NCBI RefSeq assembly: GCF_008831285.2
Contig: NC_045138.2
Location: 17,670,001 to 17,734,000 of the forward strand
Source: Nymphaea colorata
Lineage: Eukaryota
Direction: 5' to 3'
DNA: 64,000 bases
Below the pieces are notes generated by a model, which did no database searches, was not told the DNA's origin, and worked only from the letters and a program-made list of their open reading frames with translations. The translations under genes were made by a program, and so were the position numbers. This document shows positions 40,001 to 53,490 of the stretch, piece after piece; position 1 is the stretch's first letter, and each line of letters starts with the position of its first letter.

Positions 40001-42061
40001 GACACAATCTCTGGCTACCTTTCTCTTGAGGGTGATAAAGGTTGCTGGAATGGAATTCCAGCTTAATATTAAAGACTAAATAGATATAGTACTTATTCTC
40101 ACAAGGTCAAGTTTGTGGTTGCTTGGTGAAAAGGTAAAGTGAAGTAAAAGTACAAAAATGTTGGCCCAATATTCCATAATAGTCACTTTAAATGTAAAGC
40201 AAAAGGTTAAAGTCATCTTCAATCTTTAAATTATATTGTATTATACTAGTACTAAGCACCAGCTGAATTGGTTTATATGATATATTTTTACAATATGAAA
40301 TATGAGTGACCATGAGGCTTGTTAAAAGGTTGGACGTGCGACCTTTAGGGGGCGTTTGATTACTTCACATTTGAAATTTATGGACCTGACGTAGATATAA
40401 CGTGACATGTTTTTTACCGACATGATAATAAATTCAAAGTAAAATTTCTAGTTCCTCCATAGTTGAAATCTTTTTTTACTTTTTTTTTTAGTTGAAAAAA
40501 AGTTGGATTTAAAATTTGAGGAGGCAGGATCTGATTTTAAATCCAGTTTCTCAAAATAATGAGATTTTATATCCGGGACAAAAAACAGTCTTTTATTTCG
40601 AGAAGATTAGGAACTTGCCAATTTGCTCAGCAAAAAGGGAGTTTCAGGGGAAGAAAAGGCCAAATTAATCTTTTCTCTGAAAGAGATTTTTTTTTAGAAA
40701 AAAAAAAAAGCAGTCACTTTTCTAGCAAAGCTGGCCAAATTTTCTTAAGGATAGTTTTCCATTCTTTGGTACAATTTGACTCTAAATTTTTCTGAAACAA
40801 ATAGCGAATTTACAAATACCAGTATCCCTTCTCTTCTTTTCATGAATTATTTGAGTTTTAATTATCCGGAAATTTCATGTTAATTTTTCCTTTTGGCTTT
40901 CGCTTTTCAGATGATGAACTGAAAAAGAATAAAAAGAAGGGAAGGAAATGTGGATCATTTTCTTCTGTCTTCTTCACGTGCTACCTCATAAAGTGTGATG
41001 CAGTGAACAGGTTCCCAAATGTTGTAGCAACTATTCATTACTCACCAGTAAATTCTGTGGAGGTGCCCGATATTTTCCATTTTTGCAATCGACAGTGTTT
41101 CTGAAAATGAAAATAAATTCAATATTGAAAAAAGAACTCAAAATTTGTAAAACACATTGATTTTGACTTTTTACAAAACGAAAATTCCATAAAATAGCGC
41201 CTGAACCGCCTATTTGATATCAAATTTAAGTAGGCAGATGTAAAGAATGCAAAGTTAAGTATGGTTTTCGTTATTACTTCAAAAGTTGATTTTTTTTTTT
41301 ATTTTGGGTAAAGTATGCCCTTTTTTATTCCTTGACAACAAAGGAATCAGTCGATTCAAATATAGCCAAGTTTTTCAAAAATATTTTATTCCTATTCCTG
41401 ATGGATGTATTTTATTATTTCAGTTTCGTATATAAAACAAAAATAAAAGAGATCTAAAAAGAAAACATATGAGAGGCAGAGAAAGAAAGAGAACTTGCAT
41501 ATATTTTAAGACTTCAAGATATATAGATGCATGTGTTTCCTAGCTGTTACGAATCCATTATGGTGTTTTTTTTTTTTATTATTATTTACGAAGTACAGGC
41601 ATGTGTTAGGTTTGGTATAAGCAGGTCTTTTTGTTTCGGATGTGTAGAACTAAAAATATAAAATAAACTTTCAATTTTTTTAAAAATGACAGAATGGTTT
41701 TTTATTAGAAAACACACACACTCTCTCTTTCTCTCTCTCTTGGTCAGCTCAAGGATAAGTGGGCTCGAGCCCTTTGGGTGATCCGGAAACATTACTAGTC
41801 GGGACGGACCGATCCGAGCTTTATCTGGGCCAAATCTTTCAATTTAAGCAACCAACCAAATGTCAGATTTACTTTAATCACACAAAGTGAAGCCAATAAG
41901 AGCCAAATCCTTAAGGATTCTCCTCCAATTAAAAAAAAAAAAAAAGGAAAAGGAAAAGAAGAAGCAGTGTAAGCCACATGCATCCCCACATGAAAAGTGC
42001 AAGCACATAAGACACTTTTCACTTAGCTTCACTTTACTTGAGCAATTAACTCTTTCCATAG

Positions 42062-42314
42062 AAAAAGTTAACTAATTGTTTTAGTAACTATGAGTGCTTT
42101 ACATATGGACAAAGGAAGGATCAAAACTCTAAACTTTTAGAGAGAGAGAGAGAGAGAGAGAGTTTCACCATAAGATAGTTTTTTATGTTAATTACTTTTA
42201 ACCAATTAACTATTTACACAAAAGTTGAACTGATTGTTTTAGTAACCGTTGGTGCTTTAGATATGGACAAGTGAGGGATCAAAACCCTAAAACTTTTTAT
42301 AGAGAGAGAAAGAG
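42062..42314. repeat. Diverged direct repeat, each unit ending in telobox-like motif + (GA)n
   Basis: aaaagtt..aact.attgttttagtaac...gtgcttta.atatggacaa...ggatcaaaac.ctaaa..tttta..gagagag occurs at ~42062 and ~42220. Confidence 0.8.
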
Positions 42315-42836
42315 AAGATTGGTGAGAGAGTGGGAATGCATTGGACAATGATGAAGGCAATTTGTTCCTATCTATTCTCTTGGTACAGAGGAAAAATGAT
42401 GGAAGTGGGTGGGACCCAGTATTGGGTAAGGCTGTCCCTCGGTGGGAGCCTCACCTTGGGGCAAGTCATGTTACTCAAGCATGTGTGTGTGCAGAGTTTG
42501 GGAATGAGTGTGTCTCCTCCCAAAGGCTGTGTGACATGAAGGGGAGGAGTCCCTCAACAGGGGTGCCCTACTTCCCAAGCACATGGCCCCCACACCACAC
42601 CACCCTTGCAGACTCAGTTGGGGCTAAGTAAGCCCACACCCACCCCTAGTTTGGACACCCCTTGGTTTGGCCCTCACACATGGTTCCCAAGTTGGGTGGC
42701 TGCTGGTTCGTTGTACCGGGGGGCCAGTAGTTCATGGATTCAAGCTGGTGCACTGTCTTGTAGCACCTCAAAATCTGTCCGAGTCCAAAACCCGAACGGG
42801 TACTCGTCCCTCGCACAAACCCGAAGCATGCATGGG

Positions 42837-42956
42837 TTGTAAGGTTCGGGGTACTAGCTTCGGGGTTTTATGCCACCGAGAGCGCAACCCAGTCGCTTGT
42901 AAGGTTCGGGGTACTAGCTTCGGGGTTTTATGCCACCGAGAGCGCAACCCAGTCGC
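42837..42956. repeat. Perfect 60-bp tandem duplication
   Basis: ttgtaaggttcggggtactagcttcggggttttatgccaccgagagcgcaacccagtcgc x2. Confidence 0.97.
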
Positions 42957-43080
42957 ACTACTCGAACGAGATCTCCTCGTACAAGGACGGAGAGGTTGAT
43001 CGAGTAAGAATGAATATACTCTATTTGGTTGATTCTCTTCCAATTGGTTGGTTAGTAGGTGCAATGATTGATTCATGAGA

Positions 43081-43230
43081 GAGGTCTCCGGTTCAAGTCT
43101 AGGATGGGCTAGTGTATTAGGGTAGTTTACCATTCACCTAATCTTAAATGATTTACTTCAAAAGCGAGGTCTCTGGTTCAAGTCTATGATGGATCACCGT
43201 GTTAGGGTAGTTCACCATTCACCTAATCTT
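43081..43230 (+). repeat. ~65-bp direct repeat with a B-box-like motif (possible tRNA-derived SINE remnant)
   Basis: gaggtctc.ggttcaagtcta.gatgg...ttagggtagtt.accattcacctaatctt at 43081 and ~43166; GGTTCAAGTC resembles the Pol III B box. The repeat is certain, the SINE identity is inferred. Confidence 0.55.
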
Positions 43231-43327
43231 TCCTTCTTGAAGATGATATGCAACAAATTATACAAGAGGGATGGCTAGAACCACTACTATGTGCTATATA
43301 ACTCGCTTTCTTTCTCTCTCTCTCTCC

Positions 43328-43362
<35 letters not shown>

Positions 43363-45740
43363 AACACATATATGGTTGGCAACCAACATAAAAAAAAGAA
43401 GTTGAAGGACATGACTTAAGAACTTTTGTGTATTGAGGAATGATTAGACATGGGGAGTGTGGGTGGTATGGGTGTGGCTCAAGAAAGAAGGATCTGAAAA
43501 GAAGGAAAAGTTAGGAAGCAACTCCAATATAGGCCATGTTCTTACATTCCTTTGGTAATCCACTAGGGTTAAGATTAGAATCATAGGTCATTGCTTATTA
43601 AGGTTAGGGTTTTATTTATTTATTTTTTTTAAAAAAAAAACTTTGGAATATAGGCTTTGGGATTACTTTCCTTGGCAACAAGCTGCTCTTTTAGGTGGCA
43701 ATTTGCTGGCACTTCCCTTTTCTCTCAAGGCAAGGATGGAATCTTGAGTAGTTTTTTCACCTGTTGGGTCTCATAGGGTTAACCTTTATCTCATGACATT
43801 TATGTTTAGATTTATTTAACCGCCTCGGCCCTCGAGCTTATACTTCATGTCTCTTTATCTATGTCACAAAAGACAATGACACTAACCTGGACTTGACGCA
43901 ACTCTTGGGTGCAAAAGATTTTACAATTTTTTCCCAAAGTCGGACACAATTCACGAAGTCTTTTGCTCAGTTGTTAATTTGATTAAAATGATTAAAACTA
44001 AAGGAAGAAATGTTAAAATATTAACCTGATGTAAACTAGTGAATGTAGATGTCAAATTCATCACATGAAATCCACACCCCCCCTTATCCATCCCCTACTG
44101 GTAGAGAAACCCTAATTAATGGTGCGCCCCCATGTGATTGGCTTCATTAAAAAAAGACCTCAGCTCCCATGTGAAGTTGGTGAATTCGCTTTTCTTTCTT
44201 CAACAAATGATTGAAAGAAGGAATTATGCTGCTTGTTTTTATGTGGCCCTCTAATTAAGGAGTCGTTTAAATACACAACCCTCCCTAGGGTTTAGGGCTT
44301 GTGGGTTGTGATTACTTTGATCTTGCGAACAAATCCGCCATGATTTTGAACTGCTCAGTTCGTTGAGGCACCGAAAGGGGGCTGATAGAGCGGAGCCGCT
44401 TTACGCGTACACACAGAATCATCATTCGATTCTCATGGGCGTCACTCTTTCTGCAAACCGACGAGGTAGACTAGGTCGCGCTCTCACTTAGAAAAGCTAC
44501 ATGCATCTCCCAACAAGCAAACCTCAATGTTTTTGCTAATCTTAACCTACCATCAAGTTGTTTCTATGGGAATTAGAATCTTTAAGAAAAATTTCGAGGG
44601 TGCCCGAATCTTAGGGTTTACGCCTTTGAAGCTTCTTAAGCGAGATTTGAGTCTAAACCCTAGAGAGCTAAGTTGAGAGTTAGGTTTTGGGTATGGGCTG
44701 TGGAAGAAGGACAAAGGAAGGGGATGATCCAAGACATTTAGGAAGAGGTGCCTACCCCATGTGGGCTGTCTTTGATAAGAGGGCTAGAGGGACCCAATCA
44801 CCAATACTCTTCCATGTGAGGAACACATCACATTTTGCTTCCTTGTGCATTGTGTTGGTTGTATAGAGGAAAAAGAAAACTACCCAAACTTACCAAAATG
44901 TACTAGAACTCGTTCGCCGAGGACGATCGAGACTAAACACTGGCCAACCTTTCTTTGACTTCGGCCAACTTTGACCGGCTCGTGCATGTCGAGCCAAATT
45001 CCGCCCCTCTGCTCGATACGAGTCCGGCACGTGGTGCATAGAGAGAGAAGGAGAGAGCTGGGCATTTGATCCAAGCATGGGATTGTGCAACTAACATATT
45101 TTATCAGAAGATCTGAAAGGAATCCTGACCTCATCTTTTTGCATTTGGACTTAGTCTGACCCACTTTTGAAAACCTAAGGTTTGGTTTCTTCTTGGGAAC
45201 TTGCAAGGAGAGAGACCTCCCACAGGTTTAACTCATGCGCCCTTCAATGGCCTGCATTTTTCTTTTACTATGGATGAAATCATAGTACATGCATTTCATT
45301 TATGAAACCAATGTTTCATATGCTTTTATTTCATATTTCCGCGTCCTACAGTGTATTAATGGTGGTTGTCCCTCCTCCTAAGGGCAGGTTCTTACACGCT
45401 ACTCAACTGTCTATTTTATGTTCCTATAGTACTATTAATCTACGTGACAAAAAAATACAGATACACATAACTCCATTGAGACCACAAGCTTCCTTTTTCT
45501 CCGGAGACTGAAATTATATGAGAGTCTCAGTCAATAAAAAACGTGTTAAACCTATTATCAACATACAACAAACAATGTTTTAATTGAAATGCTACCAAAA
45601 TCATGAGCAATGCAAACATGAAATCCTATCATTTTGTCTTAATACTATATGCTAAGGCCTCACGATAGACACGACTCGTGTCACGAGCGGCATGCGCCTG
45701 CACCTCGTCGTACTGATGTATGTTCCTAGGTTTTAGCAGG

Positions 45741-46045
45741 TAGGGGTGAACACGAGCAGAGTCGAGCCCAAGTGCAGTTAGCTCAAACTCGGCTCAACCA
45801 ATGAAACCTCGAGCTCGAGTATAGCTCAATGAAAGCAGCTCGAGCTTGGCAGTTACGTGTTGAGCGCGAGCTCAACTCGATTAAGGCTCGACTCGGCAGT
45901 AACGTGTTGAGTTCGAACTCAACTCGATTATTTGAACGAGTTGACTCACGAACTGGAGCTCCACTCGTTAAGCAAATGGCTCGGCTAGAACTCGTTTACG
46001 AGCCGAGGTTTCACGAGTCGAGCTAAGACTCGTTTTCCACCCCTA
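45741..46045. mobile_element. Non-autonomous hAT-like element (CTCGAG/GAGCTC-rich MITE)
   Basis: TIRs TAGGGGTGAACACGAG ... CTCGTTTTCCACCCCTA; interior saturated with CTCG/CGAG motifs; no matching TSD seen. Confidence 0.7.
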
Positions 46046-49000
46046 ACCTTGACCCAGCCAACATGCCATTTTGATCCATTCAACCAGAGCCTTCAAAGAC
46101 AGTAATCTTCTTTACTTAGAAAATTTTCATGTTTCTTGATTTGAAGCCCTGCTCGCTTGATTTGTGCAGTGACCAAGAAAGAAATGTTTATAAATATTTG
46201 GGCCATCAACTTGAATTTGGCTCAGTCTGGGCTCATGAAAGTTCAAGTTGGGCAATCATGGAGCTGACACACTTGCTCTTGCCATAAATTAACCCATCAA
46301 TGTGGTAAGAATCAGCATAAAGGAATCAACCCCAATGAAATATTCTAAAGCAGGAATTCCTTGAACACTTCTGACAATGCTTTTATTGTTTATTTTTAAT
46401 TTATTCTTCTTCTTTGGTTTTTGGTGGGCATCAGCTGCAGTGGCACTCCATTTACCCTACAATAGAATATGAAACTCACCTCAGTTAAGTAAGTGAAAAA
46501 TAAACATAATTCACCAATGGTTAATCAAACCTTGAGAATAACTTGAGAAATTTGAAAATCAACCAATCAAACTCAGAACGTGTAAGAAACATTTTCTGAT
46601 TGCAGGCGCTCCGGGGTTTGGCAGATCATTATCAGATTATATATAAAAAAAAAATGAGATTAATGCAGTATTAAACTCTTGATATCGTTCAACTTGAAGA
46701 TCTTAATTTTCAGTATCCCATACCTTTTGAGATACAAGATAGATGTCTTTGAATAAAATAATAATGAGCTAAAAAGATTTAAGCATTTTATTGATAGGTA
46801 CCTTTGTGGAAATTTTGTATTTTTCAAAATCTTTTTGGAGAAGTCATGGGAATTAATATAGAACCTAGAAACCATCTCATTATTTCCTCGAAGTCAGCTT
46901 TACTATTTTCTGCTACGAAAATTAACTTTTCTAATCTTTGAAAATGGATGCGCATTACCAAGAATAAGTTTACTAACAACAACTGGGATTACTAAAATAT
47001 AAATTGCATTTTTAAACTATTAATCTCTAGAATGTGCTAACAATAAATGCCAATTCATCTATAGAAGCGGACAATGGAGCGCTGTTGATGTCTAATGCTT
47101 GAAAATATATTTTTTTTTTCCTTCATGAAAGTGGAAGATTTAATGGGATCCAGATGTTGTACTTCTTCCCTAATTTTGGGCAAAGTGGCATTCTTGTTTT
47201 GGATAAAAGATGAAAGATTCTAGCTTCTAAAATGATATTTTTTCTAAGCTCGTTACAGAGTATTGCACATCATTTAAATAAAATTGAGACAATTGAGAGA
47301 ACCGCACTCTTAACTTTTGAACGAATAATAACATATTCGAAACTTTTATATCCACCCTCTTGAATTAGACATGAAAAGGCAGTTAGGTGAAAAATTTTCA
47401 AACTTGTATGTGTTTGCTGTACATCATTAAACACCAGGAGCCTTTTCACATTTTAAAAACAATTGTAAACTAAAGGATTTGCACAGCTATTAGCTTCATC
47501 TTCTTGGTTTGGTTTTTATAGTTATAGTGGGTTAGATGTTTCTACCTTACTATTGAGGCGGCCATTAGGGGGCGGAGTCAGAATTTTTTTGAAGCGGGAC
47601 TAGCAATAAATTTTACATTTTTAAAGACATCAACATGTAAATGAGAAAAATTGCGCTGAGTTATAAATAAAAAACTAAATATTTTTGTGGGTCATGTACG
47701 CATTGACCACACCTACCTGCGCCCCTAGCTGCTAGTTTTGTATCAAACAAATTCTATGAAGTTGGGGGTTAAATTAGAAGTCTTTAGCAAAAAAAAAGAA
47801 GAACAATAGTGTCATGACTTTGATATATGTTTTTGCTAAAAGTAGAACTTCCACTTTAACTCTCTTTTTCAACTCGATCTGATGTTATTTTTCACGGAAT
47901 ATGTCACATAGGTGCGAGTGTGCGGATGACATGACAATTCAAAATAAAAAGAAGAATGTAGGGACAAAGCGCGCAATGGCACACATAAGCTCAATATCAA
48001 CAACACGTACTCGGCTCGACGCGACTCAACTTTTATAGATTCATTCAACATTTTACTTGTTTCTAACTTTAAAAGTTTTTGAAGTCTAAATTGCAGAAAC
48101 CTGTATAACAAAGAAACACACTCTTGGATGGAACTCTTGACCTCCTTCAACAACACTCAGAAGCTATCTTGAGGTCATTGTTTTAGCAACATGGAGGCGA
48201 AATCAAGATATTAAGAGGGAGCCAAACAGGAACCGGATTTCTTGGCTTCTTCCATCAGTCTGTCATATCACATTGTTTTGCTCATTGTACCACATGCAAC
48301 TCTGACACCTCCATACGTCACCCACCACACACACACTCTCTCTCTCCCTCCTTTTGATGTCCAAGGAAAGAAAGCCTGTCCCTTTCTTTTTTAGAGTTCC
48401 AATAATCAATTTCATCGTCAGTGGGAGTAGGGACTCAGAGCATGTGGGGCACTTAGTCAGAGCTCCAATTTTTGAATACACTACCTCCCATGAAGAAGAG
48501 AGAGAAAGCGAGACCCATATAGTTTAAGAGAGAGATAGGGAAACTTAAACCACACATAGAAAGAGAGAGATATATATTTATAAACTATAAATTTTAAGAG
48601 AGAGAAAGAACTATAAACTATAAAATTTCAGGAGAGAGAAAGAGCAGCACTAAAACTTTCAAGATTCCAATCTTGGGGAATGTGATTTGGAGTCCCCCAA
48701 TATCTCCCCCCCCCCCCTTCACTGGGACCCTCTCTGCACCCGTTGTGTCCTACATTCCTCAATCCTCTCATGTTTTCACATTACTCCTCTATAGTACTAC
48801 TACTCAGCCAATGTTCCCTCATCAAGTCTCCCTGTCTTCCATTTATATGTACACATCTACTGTTTATTCTTGCCAAACACTGTTTCGCCCTTTATCCAGC
48901 TTGCGGGGGTGAGTAAACTTGCTGTGTTTGCAGGTGGGAAAGTGTCCGCGGTTGCCCTAGCCGCGGGCAAGTTCTCCCCGGAACGCATCCGTTCACCACT

Positions 49001-52000
49001 TCGGACTGCCTACCAAACACCAACTTGTGTGAACTTTGACCTGAAGGACTGCCTATATATGTTCACCGTTACATATATATGTATGTGTATATATATATGT
49101 GTGTGTATGTGTGTGAGAGAGGACTTGCGTGTGGGATGTTCGATCAAGTTGGGTAGTTTGATCTGAATCGAGGATGTCAACATGGATGCGGCTCTTGGAT
49201 CACTTGCAAGTAGTGGCAGAAGCTCGTGTTTGAATTCCTCTGATTTCTAATCCGAAGTGTGGTTTGAGGAACAAAAAAAGTCTCTTGATTCATTGATCAG
49301 ACAACATGTGGATCAGATCTCATTTGGGCACTGTGTTGGATCTAACTTTCATCCAGATACCGTATTTCCGGCCGGTAGTTGGAGATTATGTTCTTAAAAT
49401 GACAAATGCTTTATCCTCAACTTTTGTCCAACTGGTTCTAACCCGAAACCAAGTTCTTTGGATCTGGATCTGGATCTGGTTCCCATTCCATGAGACTAGA
49501 CGCATGTGGGGATGTGGGGACTATCCACTATTCAGCTAACTGGATTCAAGCATTGCAGTTCAATTTGGAGTAAGATGCAACTGTAATACTTTCTTAATGC
49601 CTCTCTTGACTTTGTTATAGCCGCTTTAATTAAAGTTATTAGATGTGAACATTAAACAGCAAAAGTTTAGTTCAACAATCCAGGTCCTCCTTATGGAAAC
49701 CCAAGTTTAAGTTTATTTTAGTAATCCCCTCCTAAATGATGCAAGCACAAGCTAGCTCATCTACATAAAATACGTTGTTCATATTCTTTTTTCTTTTTTC
49801 TTTTTAATGACGGAGTAAATAAATGAGTTTATTTAAGTCAATTCAAGCTCGTTTATTGTGATGCATGTGCTGTTTCAGAGTTCAAAATAATAAAAGGTTT
49901 TCTTCTTTCTTGTTTTTAAATGAAGAGGAGCCATTCAAAGGCCAAAACACTTATTGGTTTTGATCCCTAAGAGCCAAACCCCAATTGGGCCCCTTGTCCT
50001 ATGAAGACAAGACCATAAAAAAATCACAATGTGAAGAGTGTAAGGATTGGAACTTGATCTATGATAATCCATCAGAAATTTCAAAATTTTAAACTTTAAG
50101 GGACTGTTTGGAATTAGTAATACTCCATGCATCTGCCTCAAAAATTAGGATAGGTTCAAAGAACAATTTAGAAGTTATATCATGAATCTACCCTTGTTTT
50201 TGAGACAAATACATAGAACAGTAACCTTCTTTTATTGTTGCCTAACAACCCTAGATGTCTTTTTGCTTGTTAAATACTAGAAAAATGCTATTTTTTTTCC
50301 TGCTAGTATATATCATTCTAATTGTGAAAGAAATATACCTACTCATATATGGCGTAAGAAGTAAGTTTTTATTGTTTTAATTCACCGATGAGGCATTCAA
50401 ACTAATTCTATATGATAAGCTTAGCACTTATACCTATGAAGGCATACGTCACTGCAATTCCACTTGACACCTATCGGGATAATAAATGGCTCATCTTGCC
50501 GTGACCTTATCTTGGATGTTCAATATTTAACTGTGCTACCAAAGATGCCTCGGGGAAGTAAAAATTATATATATATTTTAATTGGCGGTTATCTAGTAGA
50601 TATACTACCAAGTTATTGCTGACAAACCCCGAGATATTATTACTATGAAGGATAAACAAAGATCCAGAGTTTTGATTCAAAATCATATGGATTCAATATT
50701 TGTTGCTTAGAGAAGTGATGGTCCTAGTTGGTTTGACTAAAACCCTAATCAACCTGATTCAATTGTTTGAATCTAGTGTATTTGATTGAGACCTAAAATT
50801 AATTGGTTGCTGTTTATCGAGTGGATTGATCCTTAACGACGAGTTTAGATTATCGATAACAATTTTGGTTTAAGCCTGCAAGTTGAACACACTGTTCTGT
50901 TGGATGATGAGAGAAGGCACCAAGTTTATTGGGCATGTCAGAGTTTGCAATTGGAACTCACCTCTGCCTGAAGCAAACCCAACAAGACAAATGCTTGCAT
51001 TTTTCTAAGGGAATAGCAGAAGGGCAGCTTCATTATTAAAACTAAGAAAACCCAAGATTCCTTTACTTCAACTATACTTTGGCCTTCCTTAATACCTGCA
51101 ACCTCACAATCTAATGGTATTATTTTTTAGGGTTTTTACTGATTCCAAGCAAATGGATGATGCGCTGGTGATCTCATGAGTGTCAGAAGGGGTTCCACTT
51201 CTCTGATGCCTGACCACAAGGAGTCACTCTGTCTTTACAAAATCCAAGCAACATTGGCATATGATTCTTTCTGAACCTCATCTAAATGGGATCAGGCTTT
51301 AATGGTGAAAGGGACCTCCACTTCACAGGCAGCTTCTCTCACTGAAGTTGCAAGGTGGACCACAGTCCACAGTCTAACTAAATCATCATGTTTCAGCCAG
51401 AAGATGGCAAAACCCACTTTATTTGGTAGCAGATAATGTTTGAACCTTGTGAGAAGAAGAAAAAGTGCCAACAATTTATCATACATTTCTAGATAAGCCT
51501 CTGCATTCAATCCTCCCTTTTGGGTATGTGCAAGATGATCCAGCTTCTGGATTCATGAAATGCTGTTATTGTTGCTTCCATTACTGCAAGAGTTGTGTCA
51601 ACAATTGAAGAAGTTGGATTTTAAGATCTTCAAGCAGTGGTGGAGGAAGGTGTGGGCTGATGTGGACCATTGCCCTCACCAGATCATACAAATCGCCTTG
51701 TTTATATGTTAATGCGTCTGTGATTTGTATCTTATTTATATATAGATGCTGGGTATAGTTTAAAAATTAAAGCATTAGTGCCCTTAACCGGAAATTTCTG
51801 GCTCCGCCACATGATCAAGTTGTCAAGCTGGTGTCTGCAGGTAAGGTCTCCTGTCGTCAGTTCAATTCTTGTAAGCATTATATCTATATGATAATAGGGT
51901 AGAAACATTATACTAAGTGATCTGCATTGGGAAATACGGGGAAACAACATCGGCCTGGACCTTGGGGTTCGACTCTTTTCCAAACGGTAGGTTGTAAGTT

Positions 52001-52494
52001 TTTCGCTCATCTAGATCTTCAAGTTGAAGGAGGCAAAGGATTTAAGGTTTACATCACAAATATTTGTTTACTGCTCGAATTTGATGGCATGAGCTTGAAA
52101 TTTCTTCAAGAAATTAACAAGTCGCGGGGGATCTTAATTGATCTCTTTAATTAATCAAGCATTGTTCCATGTTGTAGAACATATTAGATTAAATTTTTTC
52201 TTGAATCATACAAAAATACCAAAATCAACTACATGATTGATTTAAACAGGATTGATAGGTGTGTCTGAACTGTTGTTATCTAACAAGTGTCCGGCTCCGC
52301 GTTGTCGACATGGCAGACCCACATGCCAAATGGCATGTAATTGAGACAAAGCTGCAGGAACCTTGCCAAACTGGTAAGGCTGTTGGGAAAGTGAACAGTG
52401 GCAGTGTATTTTAGCATTGTTCAAGCTCCACTAGCAGATGAGATTATCAAATTTGACAAAAACCCTAGAGAGCTAGTGGCTTCAGGGAACTCAC

Positions 52495-52533
<39 letters not shown>

Positions 52534-53111
52534 CCATAGTAGCAAATTGTGGGCTCCCCATGGAAGGAGGAAGAGAAAGGTGCTGTGGGACAATGATGCG
52601 GTCAAAGGCATTTTCTCTCACTGATTCTGACTCTGTTGGTGCTGAAACAACAGGTGGATCTTTGGGATAGTGGCAGTTGGTGCTATCTCTGCACCATCGA
52701 AGGGTGTGACAGAAAACGGGAAGTGGTATCCCAATGAGAAAGAAAGAAAGAGATCAGAAGATGGGAGTTTTGAAGGGGCTGCTGTGGGAATGGCGATGAG
52801 TTTCCGCATAGAAGTAATAAAAGTCGGTGGTTGGTACACTGGCGTTCCCTCCTTCAATGACATGGGATACTTCTGCTCCCCATTCAAAGCAGTCATGTGC
52901 AATGCATATGCCGAGAGAGATGGTCAAGGGGATTAACCAGGAGCTCCACGATAACGATAAGGTCGGACAGTCTGTTGTGGAAGGTTGGAGGATTTTTTAT
53001 TAATAAGTTATATATATATATATATATATATAAAAGTATGATCAATAGGTCAGGGACAAAAACCAAACTCTTTAAATGTGACATCTAAAGTTTCATTTTT
53101 GAAATCTGACA

Positions 53112-53207
53112 TTAACAATATGATGTTAAGGATGGGATGATGCAAAATGCATATTGATCTTAACAATATGATGTTAAGGATGGGTTGATGCAAAATGCAT
53201 ATTGATC
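53112..53207. repeat. 48-bp tandem duplication (one mismatch)
   Basis: ttaacaatatgatgttaaggatggg[a/t]tgatgcaaaatgcatattgatc x2. Confidence 0.92.
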
Positions 53208-53423
53208 ATTTTTTGGGTTTTAATAGTGTATTTATAATAACAAAAATGAATGGCACTCATAGCATGAACATTTTCCATAAAAACAGCTTGATTCAAGCGT
53301 GTTTTATATGAAAATAGTTTTTAGAAATATATTAGGATGTTTATATTTTATTTAAAATAAATGTTTAACAAAAAATTAAATGGTATGGTTTTTATCTTTG
53401 GCTTAAGTGTTTGGTTTTACCAA

Positions 53424-53490
<67 letters not shown>

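Noticed and set aside
44338..44390. Possible C/D box snoRNA (ATGATT ... CTGA)
   Set aside because: Too short, imperfect C box and no rRNA-complementary guide that I can recognise.
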